From: Candidatus Woesebacteria bacterium GW2011_GWF1_31_35
GTDB lineage: Bacteria > Patescibacteriota > Microgenomatia > UBA8517
DNA: 64,000 nt
NCBI GenBank assembly: GCA_001029755.1
Contig: CP011214.1
Coordinates: forward strand, 273,564-337,563
Reading direction: 5' to 3'
The position numbers and the translations under genes were made by a program. Positions 19,984 to 29,507 of this stretch are shown here, in pieces. The notes under the pieces are model-generated. The model did not search any database and was not told the DNA's origin. It saw only the letters and a list, made by a program, of their open reading frames with translations. Position 1 is the first letter of the stretch. Each line of letters starts with the position of its first letter.

Positions 19984-20150
19984 GCATTGTATTGAATCTT
20001 TGAAACTTCATCTTCTGCTTCTTGTCTAATTTTAGCTGTTTCTTCGTCTGCAGCCTTTTGTCTTTCATATGAAGCAGTCTTATCAGCTTCATCTTTTGTT
20101 TTTTGTGCCTGCTGATCTATTGCTATTTTTTGTTGTTGTAAATTCATCAT
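19974..20150 (-). CDS. Small hydrophilic helical protein (58 aa, not in ORF track)
   Basis: MMNLQQQKIAIDQQAQKTKDEADKTASYERQKAADEETAKIRQEAEDEVSKIQYNAQR; follows 20159..20407 on the same strand. Confidence 0.55.
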   Translation of the reverse strand: MMNLQQQKIAIDQQAQKTKDEADKTASYERQKAADEETAKIRQEAEDEVSKIQYNAQR

Positions 20151-20158
20151 GGTAGATT

Positions 20159-20407
20159 TTATCCACGTACTAATAATCTACTTACAAAAATTACCAACAA
20201 TGAGCCTGCTACTGCTACCACAAAAGACATTACATTAAATCCAGTGACTCCAACTCCAAAGAACTTTTGTCCTAAGTATCCACCTACAACAGCTCCAATA
20301 ATTCCTAGAACAATTGATCCTAAAATGCCTCCTTGAGAACTAGGTGCAATAAAGTTTGCAATAGCTCCTGCTATAAGTCCAAAAACAATCCAATAAATTA
20401 TATTCAT
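20159..20407 (-). CDS. GlsB/YeaQ/YmgE family stress-response membrane protein
   Basis: WIVFGLIAGAIA...IVLGIIGAVVGG; GGAGGTG SD upstream. Confidence 0.88.
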   Translation of the reverse strand: MNIIYWIVFGLIAGAIANFIAPSSQGGILGSIVLGIIGAVVGGYLGQKFFGVGVTGFNVMSFVVAVAGSLLVIFVSRLLVRG

Positions 20408-20464
20408 ATTTATTCACCTCCTTTTTTTTACAATGTACTCTCAAAAACTAAACACACCAAGAGA

Positions 20465-20857
20465 CTAATCTTCTTGCTGTGGTTTACCAGAGAGTATTCG
20501 TATTAATTTAACAACTCCCCAAGCTAAAACAGCGTACACAATGATCGCGACTAGTGTTGATGGTTCAATAACTGATGTTGTTTCAATTCCTTGTGTAAAT
20601 CCTCTACGAAATATTCCCTCAAAAGGTAGAATAAAAATTCTAGTTATACCATAAATTAAACCTACAAAAGTACTTCCTAAACTTGCCCCCATTAACTTAA
20701 GAATAAGACGAAAAGCTAATAGTATTTCCAATATTCCAAATAGAAAATAGACAATATATTCAGTTGTTTGAGAATTAGTTGCTTCTTTTTTAACTGGAGT
20801 TACTACGCCAGTACTATCTTCCTTGGTTGTTACAGTTTCTTTTATAATTTCTGCCAT
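20465..20857 (-). CDS. YggT-like membrane protein
   Basis: LEILLAFRLILKLMGA...PFEGIF. Confidence 0.7.
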   Translation of the reverse strand: MAEIIKETVTTKEDSTGVVTPVKKEATNSQTTEYIVYFLFGILEILLAFRLILKLMGASLGSTFVGLIYGITRIFILPFEGIFRRGFTQGIETTSVIEPSTLVAIIVYAVLAWGVVKLIRILSGKPQQED

Positions 20858-20898
20858 ACTTCATTCACCCCCTCATATATTTTTTACTAACGATTTTA

Positions 20899-21069
20899 TT
20901 ATCTAATTTCAACCCTTTTAATTATTGTTTCTTTGGGTAAATAGGCAATTAAAACTTTTTCTACTAGAGTAGTTAAACTTAATTCTTCAATAATAGCTTG
21001 AGCTTTAGCATGCTTAACGATGGAAGGATTAATAAAAAGAGTGATCCTTTGCTTATCTGTTGTTGTCAT
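20899..21069 (-). CDS. Ribbon-helix-helix-like small regulator (56 aa, not in ORF track)
   Basis: MTTTDKQRITLFINPSIVKHAKAQAIIEELSLTTLVEKVLIAYL: beta strand followed by two helices. Confidence 0.7.
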   Translation of the reverse strand: MTTTDKQRITLFINPSIVKHAKAQAIIEELSLTTLVEKVLIAYLPKETIIKRVEIR

Positions 21070-21076
21070 ACTTCAT

Positions 21077-21105
21077 ATACTACAACTAGTTGTAGTACTT
21101 GTCAA
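21077..21105 (-). promoter_or_regulatory. Sigma70 promoter with a perfect 20-bp palindromic operator
   Basis: TTGACA-17-TAGTAT; TACTACAACTAGTTGTAGTA at 21078-21097. Confidence 0.75.
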
Positions 21106-21129
21106 TAGATTATTTTATACCTAGGTTAG

Positions 21130-21591
21130 TTATGAATGGAGTTGTTTTAAAGCTTCATCAATCAAAAATACTTGATTTTTTCGAAGAAGTGGAAGTTTGT
21201 CTTGTGTAAAAAAACCATATTCTGATACTTCAGAGGTTGGGGCAAAATCTCCACCAATTAAAACTCCTATATAACACATATCCAGTCGGGCAGTATCACG
21301 ATCGGTACGAGTTTTAAGAGATTCATCAACACTTACGACTAATCCTGATTCTTCCTTAATCTCTCTTTCTAAGGCTTCGCGTGGATGTTCACCAGATTTT
21401 AAGTAACCACCAGGTAAACTCCAAGCATGGGACCTATATGTGTGTTTGAAAAGAAGAATTTCATTTTTATCATTAAAAATAATTCCAGTTACACCAACCA
21501 GAAATTGATCTTGAAAAAAACGCATGATAGATAACTGTAAGTTTTTAGGAAGATGAAGGGCTTGATAGATTTTAGCTAGTAGTCTTTTCAC
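21130..21591 (-). CDS. NUDIX hydrolase
   Basis: LPGGYLKSGEHPREALEREIKEESG. Confidence 0.9.
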   Translation of the reverse strand: MKRLLAKIYQALHLPKNLQLSIMRFFQDQFLVGVTGIIFNDKNEILLFKHTYRSHAWSLPGGYLKSGEHPREALEREIKEESGLVVSVDESLKTRTDRDTARLDMCYIGVLIGGDFAPTSEVSEYGFFTQDKLPLLRKNQVFLIDEALKQLHS

Positions 21592-21932
21592 AATGCATTT
21601 TGGTCTTCTGGTTCAACACTTTTACTGTGTTTTAGTTTTTCGTTTTCTAGTTCCAATTGGTGTACTCGTTTGGTTAACTCTAAAACCTCATCTTTATCCT
21701 TTTTAATTTCCTTATTTTTACCTCTAAGTTTTAAAGAAGTGGAAACTACATGTACAAGGTAAAGAATGTAAGAAAGAACAAGACCTATTAACAATGAACT
21801 CACAATTACGTAAAATAGGGGAATATCTTTAAAAACATACATACCTAAATTAACAGAAACTGGCATGAAATTAAATTTTGAGATATATACTAGGGTTGAC
21901 CCGACAATCAAAAATAAGATTAAAGTAAACAT
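21588..21932 (-). CDS. LapA-like membrane protein
   Basis: Two TMs followed by a coiled coil. Confidence 0.6.
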   Translation of the reverse strand: MFTLILFLIVGSTLVYISKFNFMPVSVNLGMYVFKDIPLFYVIVSSLLIGLVLSYILYLVHVVSTSLKLRGKNKEIKKDKDEVLELTKRVHQLELENEKLKHSKSVEPEDQNAL

Positions 21933-22053
21933 ACAATACTTTTATTATACATTATCTTTTACTTTAACAAGAAAAAGTAATAAATATTTAATAAAATTTT
22001 TATTTTTTTAATTATCGTTTGACAATACTTTTTAAAAAATTCATACTGAAAGG

Positions 22054-23136
22054 GTGATTCAAGGATTAAAAAGATTACATCTTATCCATTATAGGTGGAT
22101 TTTAGCTATTACATTAGTTATTTTTGTTACTGTTGGAGTTGTCCTTTTTGGAATAGATTCCAAATCTGCGGAGCAAGCTGTAACAAAAGCTACCCAATAT
22201 AAACTTCTAGTTATGGCCAGAGCCTCTGCTCGATCAACTGAGAGAATGCTTGCAATGTTTAAATTGGAACTAACTGTACTAGAAAGAAAAGAAGAGATTA
22301 AAAATCAGAATATAGTTGGGACTAGAAATTTATTGACAAATGTACTTACAACTGTCAATTTACCAATAGTTCATCAGTTGGGTCTAGTTTCTAAAGACGG
22401 CACTCTTTTGGTTATCGCCAATAAGGAAGGAAAAATAACGGGTCAGGGAGATTCTCTGGTAGATAGAAAATATTTTCAGTGGGCTAAGACTGCAAAAGAG
22501 GGAGAATTTTTTTTAAGTGAACCAATAATTGGCCGTGCAGGTAGTAATAAAGACAAATGGGTTGTAGTTTTGATTACTCCAATTATTGATAAAAGCGGAA
22601 ACTTTAATGGTGGTCTTTTTGCTTCAATCCGTCTGGAGGATTTAACAACCGGTTACATAGATGTATTGAAAGTTACTCCAACGACAGTTGGATATGTAAT
22701 TAATGAAAATGGCATAGTACTAAGTGGCCAACCTGAAGACTTGGTTGGATCAAATATCAAAGAATATGCACAGAAAGAAAAATGGAAGAGATATGAGACG
22801 TATATAAATGTAATAGATCAAATAGCCAAGAAAGAGGAAGGTGTTGGAGATTATTACTTTGCTGGAGTAGACAAAAAAGTTGAGAGATGGATTACTGGTT
22901 ATGCTCCAGCTCAAGTTGATGGAGATACAATAATGATTATCATAGCTGTACCTTTTGAATGGACATTGGGTCTAATTGCTGACTTTTATAAAAATCAAAT
23001 AATCTGGTTGATATTTTTAATTGTCATAGGATCATTAATTGCCTTCTTTTGGATAAGTGGTTTATATTTAGCCAGATATGATGGTTATAACCATGGACTT
23101 AAAGATGGAGCAAATTTTAAAAAAGGAAAAGATTAG
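22054..23136 (+). CDS. TM-dCache-TM sensor protein with no output domain
   Basis: DRKYFQWAK..FFLSEPIIGR..VVLITPI..GYVINENG Cache motifs. Confidence 0.75.
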   Translation: MIQGLKRLHLIHYRWILAITLVIFVTVGVVLFGIDSKSAEQAVTKATQYKLLVMARASARSTERMLAMFKLELTVLERKEEIKNQNIVGTRNLLTNVLTTVNLPIVHQLGLVSKDGTLLVIANKEGKITGQGDSLVDRKYFQWAKTAKEGEFFLSEPIIGRAGSNKDKWVVVLITPIIDKSGNFNGGLFASIRLEDLTTGYIDVLKVTPTTVGYVINENGIVLSGQPEDLVGSNIKEYAQKEKWKRYETYINVIDQIAKKEEGVGDYYFAGVDKKVERWITGYAPAQVDGDTIMIIIAVPFEWTLGLIADFYKNQIIWLIFLIVIGSLIAFFWISGLYLARYDGYNHGLKDGANFKKGKD

Positions 23137-23417
23137 GATTTAATTTTTCTAGTTCGACAGGAGGGACAGACTTCATGTATTTCCCCCATTGGGGCAGCTG
23201 TTGGGTCATTACAAATGTCGCATTTAACAATGTGATATCGACTTAGATCCAATATTTCTTTAGAAGAATTATCAAAATTAAAAATAACAAAGATAATTCC
23301 AATTTGAATTGCTGGAAGCCCCAAAATCATGCTCCAACCAGGAATTCGTAAAGAAAGTAACCATACTCCACCTGCAAAAAGTATCATCGGAGCGATGTAA
23401 CGACTAATTTGTTTCAC
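23133..23417 (-). CDS. Small membrane protein with C-terminal zinc ribbon
   Basis: Two TMs, CDIC...CPSC. Confidence 0.6.
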   Translation of the reverse strand: MKQISRYIAPMILFAGGVWLLSLRIPGWSMILGLPAIQIGIIFVIFNFDNSSKEILDLSRYHIVKCDICNDPTAAPMGEIHEVCPSCRTRKIKS

Positions 23418-23482
23418 AATTAATATTGTACACGAGTGATAAAAAAGTCAAATCCTTGGCTTCACAGATTAGTGTCTATGAG

Positions 23483-23944
23483 TTATTTCTGTAATTTTTT
23501 AGCCCAAACCATAGCTCTTTCCAATTCATTGTTTGCAAGGGGTCCTTCTTTGTTTGTAACAATAAATCCTTCAGGAGGGACAATTAAATTTCCGCCTTTA
23601 TCCTCTAGTATCTCTGCAATCTTTGGAGCAGCATAGTTAAAAGTTTTAATAATTATTTTCAAGACAAAATTTACGTTCTTTTCTCCGAATCTTGTGTCAA
23701 ACACTGCAACTTTAACTTTAGTTAGTTTTCCTGCTGGAATTTGATCTAAAAACTGTTGTAGTGGTACTGTAGCTCTACCTCCTTGGGTAGGGGAACCAAC
23801 TATAAGTAATGTTACATTGTTTAAATCTTCAAGATTGGTTTTACTTATTTGTAGAAGTTTTGCAGAAGGAATATTTTTTGCAATAGCTTGTGCTATTTTC
23901 TCTGTATTCCCAAATTGTGAATCATAAATAATTAATACTTTCAT
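23483..23944 (-). CDS. Flavodoxin family protein
   Basis: IIYDSQFGNTEKIA, VGSPTQGG. Confidence 0.9.
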   Translation of the reverse strand: MKVLIIYDSQFGNTEKIAQAIAKNIPSAKLLQISKTNLEDLNNVTLLIVGSPTQGGRATVPLQQFLDQIPAGKLTKVKVAVFDTRFGEKNVNFVLKIIIKTFNYAAPKIAEILEDKGGNLIVPPEGFIVTNKEGPLANNELERAMVWAKKLQK

Positions 23945-24231
23945 ATTTTATTTTATATATATTATGGAAGAAAACCAAAATCAATCTTATTGACGTCCTG
24001 TGATTATATTAAATTGTTCTAGATTAATTTTACCTGAGGCTAAATCAACCCTAGCCTTTTTTATTGCATCCAAATTAATTCTCTATCTAGTTCTACCTGT
24101 CTTGGACTTTGGCTTTTATGACCAATAGTTGGTCTTTAAAGCTTTTTTTTGAGCTGCCTCAATCAATTTTGATGATTCTGACATATGTATATTATAAAAC
24201 TAAAATAAAAAACAATCTATTAGATATATAT

Positions 24232-24367
24232 CTGGATCGAGAATCGTAGCACTAATCTAACCACGCAATTATCTTGTATTTTCAAGGCTCTCTTTGACTT
24301 TAGGCTTGTAGCTCAAATTAGGGAAGAAATAAAGAAAATAAAATTTACAATGCAAGTAATTCCTTGA
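24232..24367 (+). repeat. Junction J1: att-like repeat with headless peptide tail
   Basis: CTGGATCGAGAATCGTAGCACTAATCTAACC..., homologous to 26223-26361 and 25949-25985. Confidence 0.8.
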
Positions 24368-24713
24368 ATACAAATTTTCCGCCTTGGGAGGGAAGCCCAA
24401 ATCTATTTACTTCATGGCTACCTGGTTTGAAGAGCAAAATTATTCCCATAATTACATTTGCAAGAGGAACAAAAACTAGTAGACTTAGCCACCCTGATTT
24501 ATCTAAATCATGTAGCCTTCGTGTAAATACGGAAAACATAAACAAAAATAACAAAAGAGACAATATTGTTGAAATAATATTTATTAAAGTATTACTGGGT
24601 GTCATTTTCATGATTTCACTTGCAAGCCAAAAGGCACCCCAAGACATCAAATTACCAACTAGATAAGCTAGCGAACCTATTCTTCCTGAATATAATCTTT
24701 TGAAAAAATCCAT
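24345..24713 (-). CDS. DUF805 family membrane protein
   Basis: RRLHDLDKSGW..LL..VP..N..NRFG. Confidence 0.9.
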   Translation of the reverse strand: MDFFKRLYSGRIGSLAYLVGNLMSWGAFWLASEIMKMTPSNTLINIISTILSLLLFLFMFSVFTRRLHDLDKSGWLSLLVFVPLANVIMGIILLFKPGSHEVNRFGLPSQGGKFVFKELLAL

Positions 24714-24767
24714 AATTTCAGTTTATGCTTTGTTAAATTAAAAACAAGTTGTCATACGATAATTTTG

Positions 24768-24842
24768 GGTATATTAAGTGCCAACTGGCCCCGCGCAATA
24801 GACGATGTTCGAACTTATTTTATTTCTGTGGAGAGTACTTGA
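24768..24842 (+). repeat. Junction J2: 22-bp copy of the tRNA-Asn 3' flank, with a different tail
   Basis: GGTATATTAAGTGCCAACTGGC identical to 27086-27107; then reads WPRAIDDVRTYFISVEST*. Confidence 0.85.
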
Positions 24843-25860
24843 AATTCACGTTATGTTGTTTAACAGGAAGCTGATATCCATCAGTTTCAAAAGGATAAGC
24901 AAGAACTCCGCTGGGGAAAATTGCATCAGGACTATAACTTTGCCAATAGAAGAACGAGCCAGGTTGAACAAGGTGAAGATGTATGTCCCCCCTTTGAATG
25001 TTCGGATTTACTGATGTATCCGGTACATCGAAGTAGAAGTCAGCAAAGGAGTGAGTACCAACACTACCCAATGCCGGTACAGTGCCAGCAAATCCAATTA
25101 GTTCCCCACGTTTTACCTTGTATCCGATTAGGGCACCGTATGAAGCTGCATTACTCGTGGGTGAAACCGAATAGTTTCCATCCCAAAATATTTGGTATCC
25201 CTGGGCTGGCGCTGCCATGAGGTCGTTACTTGCCCTTTGAGTGTGTCCGGTCAATAGAGGTGAGGTTAATAAGTGATATACAGTCAAATACACTCCCGGC
25301 CAATCAGGACTTGTAGACTCGAAAAATAATTTCACATCATCGGAATGGGCAGATATTCCTCCCGACACAATCTGGGTACTGGTATCTCGAAAGCCAACTA
25401 GCATCATATCGAATGGTGCGAGTACCGGCGAACCGCCTTTATAAGTTTCAAAACTCATGCCAGGCTTATGTTGGTAAGGTTTCCAGCCTGGGTGGCCACC
25501 AACCTTTGGGCCTAGTGTAATTATGTCAGGGTCAGCACCCGTACCATATAACTCTGTATGGGTATTAATACCATCCATACTGGGTGGTGGTAAAGTTATT
25601 GCAGATGCGCTTGTTTTAGGCACGCTTTGAATAGGTATTGTAGTTGACGTAAGGGCGGAAGTGGGTGTTGAAGTCGGGGCTATGGCGGTATTTTTTATTA
25701 ACAGATACACACCTGCTCCAACAATGATCAAAAATATAATTATGATTAAAATCAATTTCCATTTATTTTTAATGGTAGGAATTTTGCTAATTGGTTGTGG
25801 GTTTGGTTGAGTTACTGGAATTTCATTTTGAATAGGATTGGGCGGAATATTGGGATCCAT
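24820..25860 (-). CDS. Membrane-anchored protein with M23 peptidase-like fold; GC-richer than flanks
   Basis: TM and PT linker; GSPVLAP, YHLL, VKRGELIGFAG; metal ligands not canonical. Confidence 0.55.
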   Translation of the reverse strand: MDPNIPPNPIQNEIPVTQPNPQPISKIPTIKNKWKLILIIIIFLIIVGAGVYLLIKNTAIAPTSTPTSALTSTTIPIQSVPKTSASAITLPPPSMDGINTHTELYGTGADPDIITLGPKVGGHPGWKPYQHKPGMSFETYKGGSPVLAPFDMMLVGFRDTSTQIVSGGISAHSDDVKLFFESTSPDWPGVYLTVYHLLTSPLLTGHTQRASNDLMAAPAQGYQIFWDGNYSVSPTSNAASYGALIGYKVKRGELIGFAGTVPALGSVGTHSFADFYFDVPDTSVNPNIQRGDIHLHLVQPGSFFYWQSYSPDAIFPSGVLAYPFETDGYQLPVKQHNVNFKYSPQK

Positions 25861-25948
25861 GAATTAATCATTCCAGAAAGCAACAAGGAAGTCAATCTGA
25901 GGCTAATTTACTCCCGTGACGGTCTAAGCCATTTTATGATTATAGTCC

Positions 25949-25985
25949 TATCTTGCTCGAGAATCGTAACTCTAATATAACCTAA
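25949..25985 (+). repeat. Junction J3: short copy of the J1/J4 repeat
   Basis: TATCTTGCTCGAGAATCGTAACTCTAATATAACC. Confidence 0.75.
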
Positions 25986-25991
25986 GAATTG

Positions 25992-26198
25992 TCACTTGTT
26001 TAAATCGAAATTTGAAAGAAATACAAGAACATCGTTCATAGGATTACTAGATGGTTTTGGCAATATTTGACAATGATAGCCTTGTTTTTGATAACTTACC
26101 CCAACACAATCCCATTGAAAATATCTTGAAGTTAAATTCATCCAAAGAACAAATAAGATAAACGCAGATAATAATAATAAACCAACTTTCTTCATCAT
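25992..26198 (-). CDS. Small secreted or membrane protein
   Basis: N-terminal hydrophobic segment; two Cys. Confidence 0.5.
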   Translation of the reverse strand: MMKKVGLLLLSAFILFVLWMNLTSRYFQWDCVGVSYQKQGYHCQILPKPSSNPMNDVLVFLSNFDLNK

Positions 26199-26207
26199 AT
26201 TTTATTA

Positions 26208-26361
26208 TATATTAAGTGCCAACTGGCTCGAGAATCGTACCACTAATATAACCATGCAATTATCTCATATTCTCAAGGCTTTTGAAGATTTCAAATTGGT
26301 GTCCCAAGTTCGGGAGGAAATAGAGAGAGTAAAAATAATTGAAAAAATTGTGATAACATAG
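26208..26361 (+). repeat. Junction J4: tRNA-flank repeat fused to the J1-type tail
   Basis: TATATTAAGTGCCAACTGGCTC followed by GAGAATCGTACCACTAATATAACC... Confidence 0.85.
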
Positions 26362-26368
26362 AATATAT

Positions 26369-27046
26369 ATGGAAAATCAAGATATTCAAAACCCAACTCC
26401 AGAATCAACCTTAACTCCAGTACAAGTTTCTGAACCAAGAGCCAAATTCCCTGTCGTGTACTTAGTTTTGTCTTTATTTGTTCTTGTACTTTTAGCTTCG
26501 ACGGTGTTTCTTTATTATCAAAACATACAACTCAAAAATATGCTTGCTAGCTACCAAACTCAGCCTGTAGTTTCACCTACCCCAACCACATATCAATCTC
26601 CAATTCCATCAACCACGGCGGACCTAACCGCCAATTGGAAAATATACACTGATAGCAAAGTGGGTTTCAGCCTAAAATATCCGAATGGGTGGTCTTACAA
26701 ACTAGGTGATACAAATTCGACTACTGGCAATGTAATCTTTGACACAAATTTGGCAAGTGGCAACAAAAATACGAATTATATATTTGATGTTAGTCTCGAG
26801 ACTATGGACAATCTAAACCAGTGGACAAAATATTCAACAACAACAGCTCTCGGTTCTCAGACGGTAAATGGATTGTCTTTTGAAAAATATGTCGTTGCTG
26901 ACATGTATTATTCATTGAATTACATTCTTAAACAAAACGGAAAAATTCTTCGATTCCTTTTATACCCGTATGATTCTAATCAATATCCGACAGAGCTAAA
27001 AACCAATATTGATCAAGTCCTCTCCACTTTTAAATTTATCAATTAA
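26369..27046 (+). CDS. Membrane-anchored PsbP-like surface protein
   Basis: TM, PT linker, WKIY..GFSLKYP..W, C-terminal DQVLSTFKF. Confidence 0.65.
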   Translation: MENQDIQNPTPESTLTPVQVSEPRAKFPVVYLVLSLFVLVLLASTVFLYYQNIQLKNMLASYQTQPVVSPTPTTYQSPIPSTTADLTANWKIYTDSKVGFSLKYPNGWSYKLGDTNSTTGNVIFDTNLASGNKNTNYIFDVSLETMDNLNQWTKYSTTTALGSQTVNGLSFEKYVVADMYYSLNYILKQNGKILRFLLYPYDSNQYPTELKTNIDQVLSTFKFIN

Positions 27047-27103
27047 GTTTTGACCAGCCATTTAAGTCTTAATGAAGCTGAACTTGGTATATTAAGTGCC
27101 AAC

Positions 27104-27178
27104 TGGCTCCCCCGGTAGGACTCGAACCTACAACCTTATTCTTAACAGGAATCTGCTCTGCCATTGAGCTACAGGGGA
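27104..27178 (-). tRNA. tRNA-Asn(GTT)
   Basis: TCCCCTG acceptor, CTGTTAA loop, GGTTCGAG, encoded CCA. Confidence 0.92.
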
Positions 27179-27248
27179 TTATTAATGTACAAACGTGATT
27201 ATATCAATTAAGGCCACTTTTTGAAACAGTGATATAATAATTTTTTAT

Positions 27249-28412
27249 ATGTGGCTAACAGAAGAATTAAATAATCTAAAAAAATCAGGACTTTATAATA
27301 ATATTTTAACCATAGAAAGTCCTATTGGGGGAGAGATAATAATTGAAGGAAGGAAACTACTTAATTTTTGTTCTAATAACTATTTAGGTCTTGCAAATAA
27401 TCCTCGTCTTAAAAAAGCAGCAATCGCTGCAATTAATAAGTTTGGTGTTGGTCCTGCTGCAGTTAGAACAATTGCAGGAACTACTACTTTACATAAAAAA
27501 CTTGAAAAAGACTTGGCAAAGTTTAAAAAGTGTGAAGCTGTTCTTACCTTTCAAAGTGGTTTCATGGCAAATTTAGCTACAATTCCTGCTTTAGTTGGTG
27601 AAGGAGACTTGATTTTTTCGGATGAACTTAATCATGCCAGTATTATTGATGGTTGTAGAATCTCAAAAGCTACAGTTATTCGTTTTAAACACGCAGATAC
27701 TGTTGATTTAGAATCTTTACTTAAAAAAGCTTCTAAAAAAGTTAAGAAACTAGTAATTACTGATGGAGTATTTTCAATGGATGGAGATATTGCACCCTTA
27801 GATAAAATTTATAAAGTAACTTCAAAATATGGAGCACTTTTAATGGTTGATGATGCACATGGTGAGGGAGTATTAGGTAGAAATGGTAGAGGAATTGTTG
27901 ATCATTTTAATCTTCATGGAAAAGTTGATATTGAAGTTGGAACAATGAGTAAAGCCCTTGGAGTTGTTGGAGGTTTAGTTGCTGGTAAAGGTGAAATTAT
28001 AGAATGGTTAACCCAGCGCGCTAGACCATTTCTTTTTTCTTCAGCTATGACAATTCCTGATGTCGGAGCCTGTATTGAAGCTGTAAAAATTTTAGGAAGC
28101 TCCGGCGTCTTAGTTAAAAAACTTTGGAGTAATGCGGATTATTTAAGTAAAGGTTTAAGTAGATTTGGGTTTGATACAGGTAAAAGTCAAACTCCCATAA
28201 TTCCTTTAATGTTGGGGGAAGTTACTTTGGCAAAAGAATTTAGTAATTTACTTTTTGAAAACGGAGTATTTGCAAAAGCAATTGGCTATCCGACAGTTCC
28301 AGAAGGGAAAGCAAGAATTAGAATAATGAATACTGCGGTTCACACCAAAAAAGACCTTGATAAAGCTCTTTTGGTTTTTGAAAAAGTAGGTAAAACTTTA
28401 AAAGTAATTTAA
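27249..28412 (+). CDS. kbl: Glycine C-acetyltransferase / AONS family PLP enzyme
   Basis: [33 protein letters not shown]. Confidence 0.8.
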   Translation: MWLTEELNNLKKSGLYNNILTIESPIGGEIIIEGRKLLNFCSNNYLGLANNPRLKKAAIAAINKFGVGPAAVRTIAGTTTLHKKLEKDLAKFKKCEAVLTFQSGFMANLATIPALVGEGDLIFSDELNHASIIDGCRISKATVIRFKHADTVDLESLLKKASKKVKKLVITDGVFSMDGDIAPLDKIYKVTSKYGALLMVDDAHGEGVLGRNGRGIVDHFNLHGKVDIEVGTMSKALGVVGGLVAGKGEIIEWLTQRARPFLFSSAMTIPDVGACIEAVKILGSSGVLVKKLWSNADYLSKGLSRFGFDTGKSQTPIIPLMLGEVTLAKEFSNLLFENGVFAKAIGYPTVPEGKARIRIMNTAVHTKKDLDKALLVFEKVGKTLKVI

Positions 28413-29365
28413 CATCTTACATTAGCTCCACAATTCTGACAATTAGATATTAGTTGTCCAGATGGTCTTCTGTTAGTTGCACCACAACTTGGACAGGGAA
28501 ATTCTAAGGATCCATATTCATCTGAATATCCAAATGCAAGTGTTTGTGTTTCAGTATTTAGGCCATTTGTATTTAAAAGAGTGATATTTGATTTTCCACA
28601 TCCTGATTTTTCAAGATTCATTCCAAATCCTGCTTTTTCCATTTCTGTCTCAATATAGGCTCCATATTCAAATGGATTACTATAAATTACTGATAGGTTT
28701 TTCATAATTGGTTTATTTACAATAGTAGCTTTTTTTAAAGCTTTGGCTTTATTTTTGACAGCTGTTCCATCTAAAATACTTTGAAAAATTTCTTTTTCTG
28801 GTAATTTGATTATTTCAGACAGATAACTAAAAGGATCTTTCTCTGGTGGTATTTCTAATTTAATTACAATTGATTTTAAATCATCTAAATTTTGTGGAAA
28901 TAGATAATTATTTGAAGAAACAGATACAAGCAGTTGACCAAGTTTTAAACAATCATCTTTTGACAAAGTTGTACTTATTCCATAAGATTCAAAATATTCA
29001 AATTTTTTGCTTTTAGTAATTCTTTTTGCACCTATGTCAATTCTTGTTTCAGGCCAAGGATTTGGTGGACTAATCCAAACATAAGCAAAATTTTCGGTAT
29101 CTTCAAGAAGGAGTTTTCTTATTTCTTCACCAGCAGGAGTTAGAGGATCGTTTCTTACAAACATTTCTGAAACATCTCTTCTATCTATTCCTGGAGCAAT
29201 AACTTTATTTCTCTCTCTTTTTATATAATGATGTGGATTCACTCGTGGATTTCCAGTGTTTGAAGCTTCAATAACAAGAGAAGCTGTGTCATTATTTAAG
29301 GAAGCCAATTTCTGGGGAGTATCGTATCTTCTTAGATCTAGTGCAATAAATTGTTCTTTTGACAT
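28409..29365 (-). CDS. Hypothetical protein with C-terminal zinc ribbon
   Basis: 318-aa ORF ending CPSC...CQNC...C. Confidence 0.65.
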   Translation of the reverse strand: MSKEQFIALDLRRYDTPQKLASLNNDTASLVIEASNTGNPRVNPHHYIKRERNKVIAPGIDRRDVSEMFVRNDPLTPAGEEIRKLLLEDTENFAYVWISPPNPWPETRIDIGAKRITKSKKFEYFESYGISTTLSKDDCLKLGQLLVSVSSNNYLFPQNLDDLKSIVIKLEIPPEKDPFSYLSEIIKLPEKEIFQSILDGTAVKNKAKALKKATIVNKPIMKNLSVIYSNPFEYGAYIETEMEKAGFGMNLEKSGCGKSNITLLNTNGLNTETQTLAFGYSDEYGSLEFPCPSCGATNRRPSGQLISNCQNCGANVRC

Positions 29366-29507
29366 ATTTTCCTGCTCGGGTTTTAGTGGGTTCTGGGTTT
29401 ACAGTAGCGGCACTCCCACGGAATTTCACCGTGATTCACCAAATTTATTAACACATTACAGTTTATGTTACACTTTTTGTAAAGGGGTAATTTGAAATAA
29501 AAGGGGG

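Noticed and set aside
23988-24184. Coding-like minus-strand fragments (MSESSKLIEAAQKK..., ...DLASGKINLEQFNIITGRQ)
   Set aside because: Broken across frames with no recognisable family; possibly a decayed gene, but not supportable.
24232-27109. Junction repeats considered as a CRISPR array, IS ends or attC sites
   Set aside because: Spacing is gene-sized and irregular, no cas or transposase genes, repeats are direct, and no attC-type palindrome is visible.
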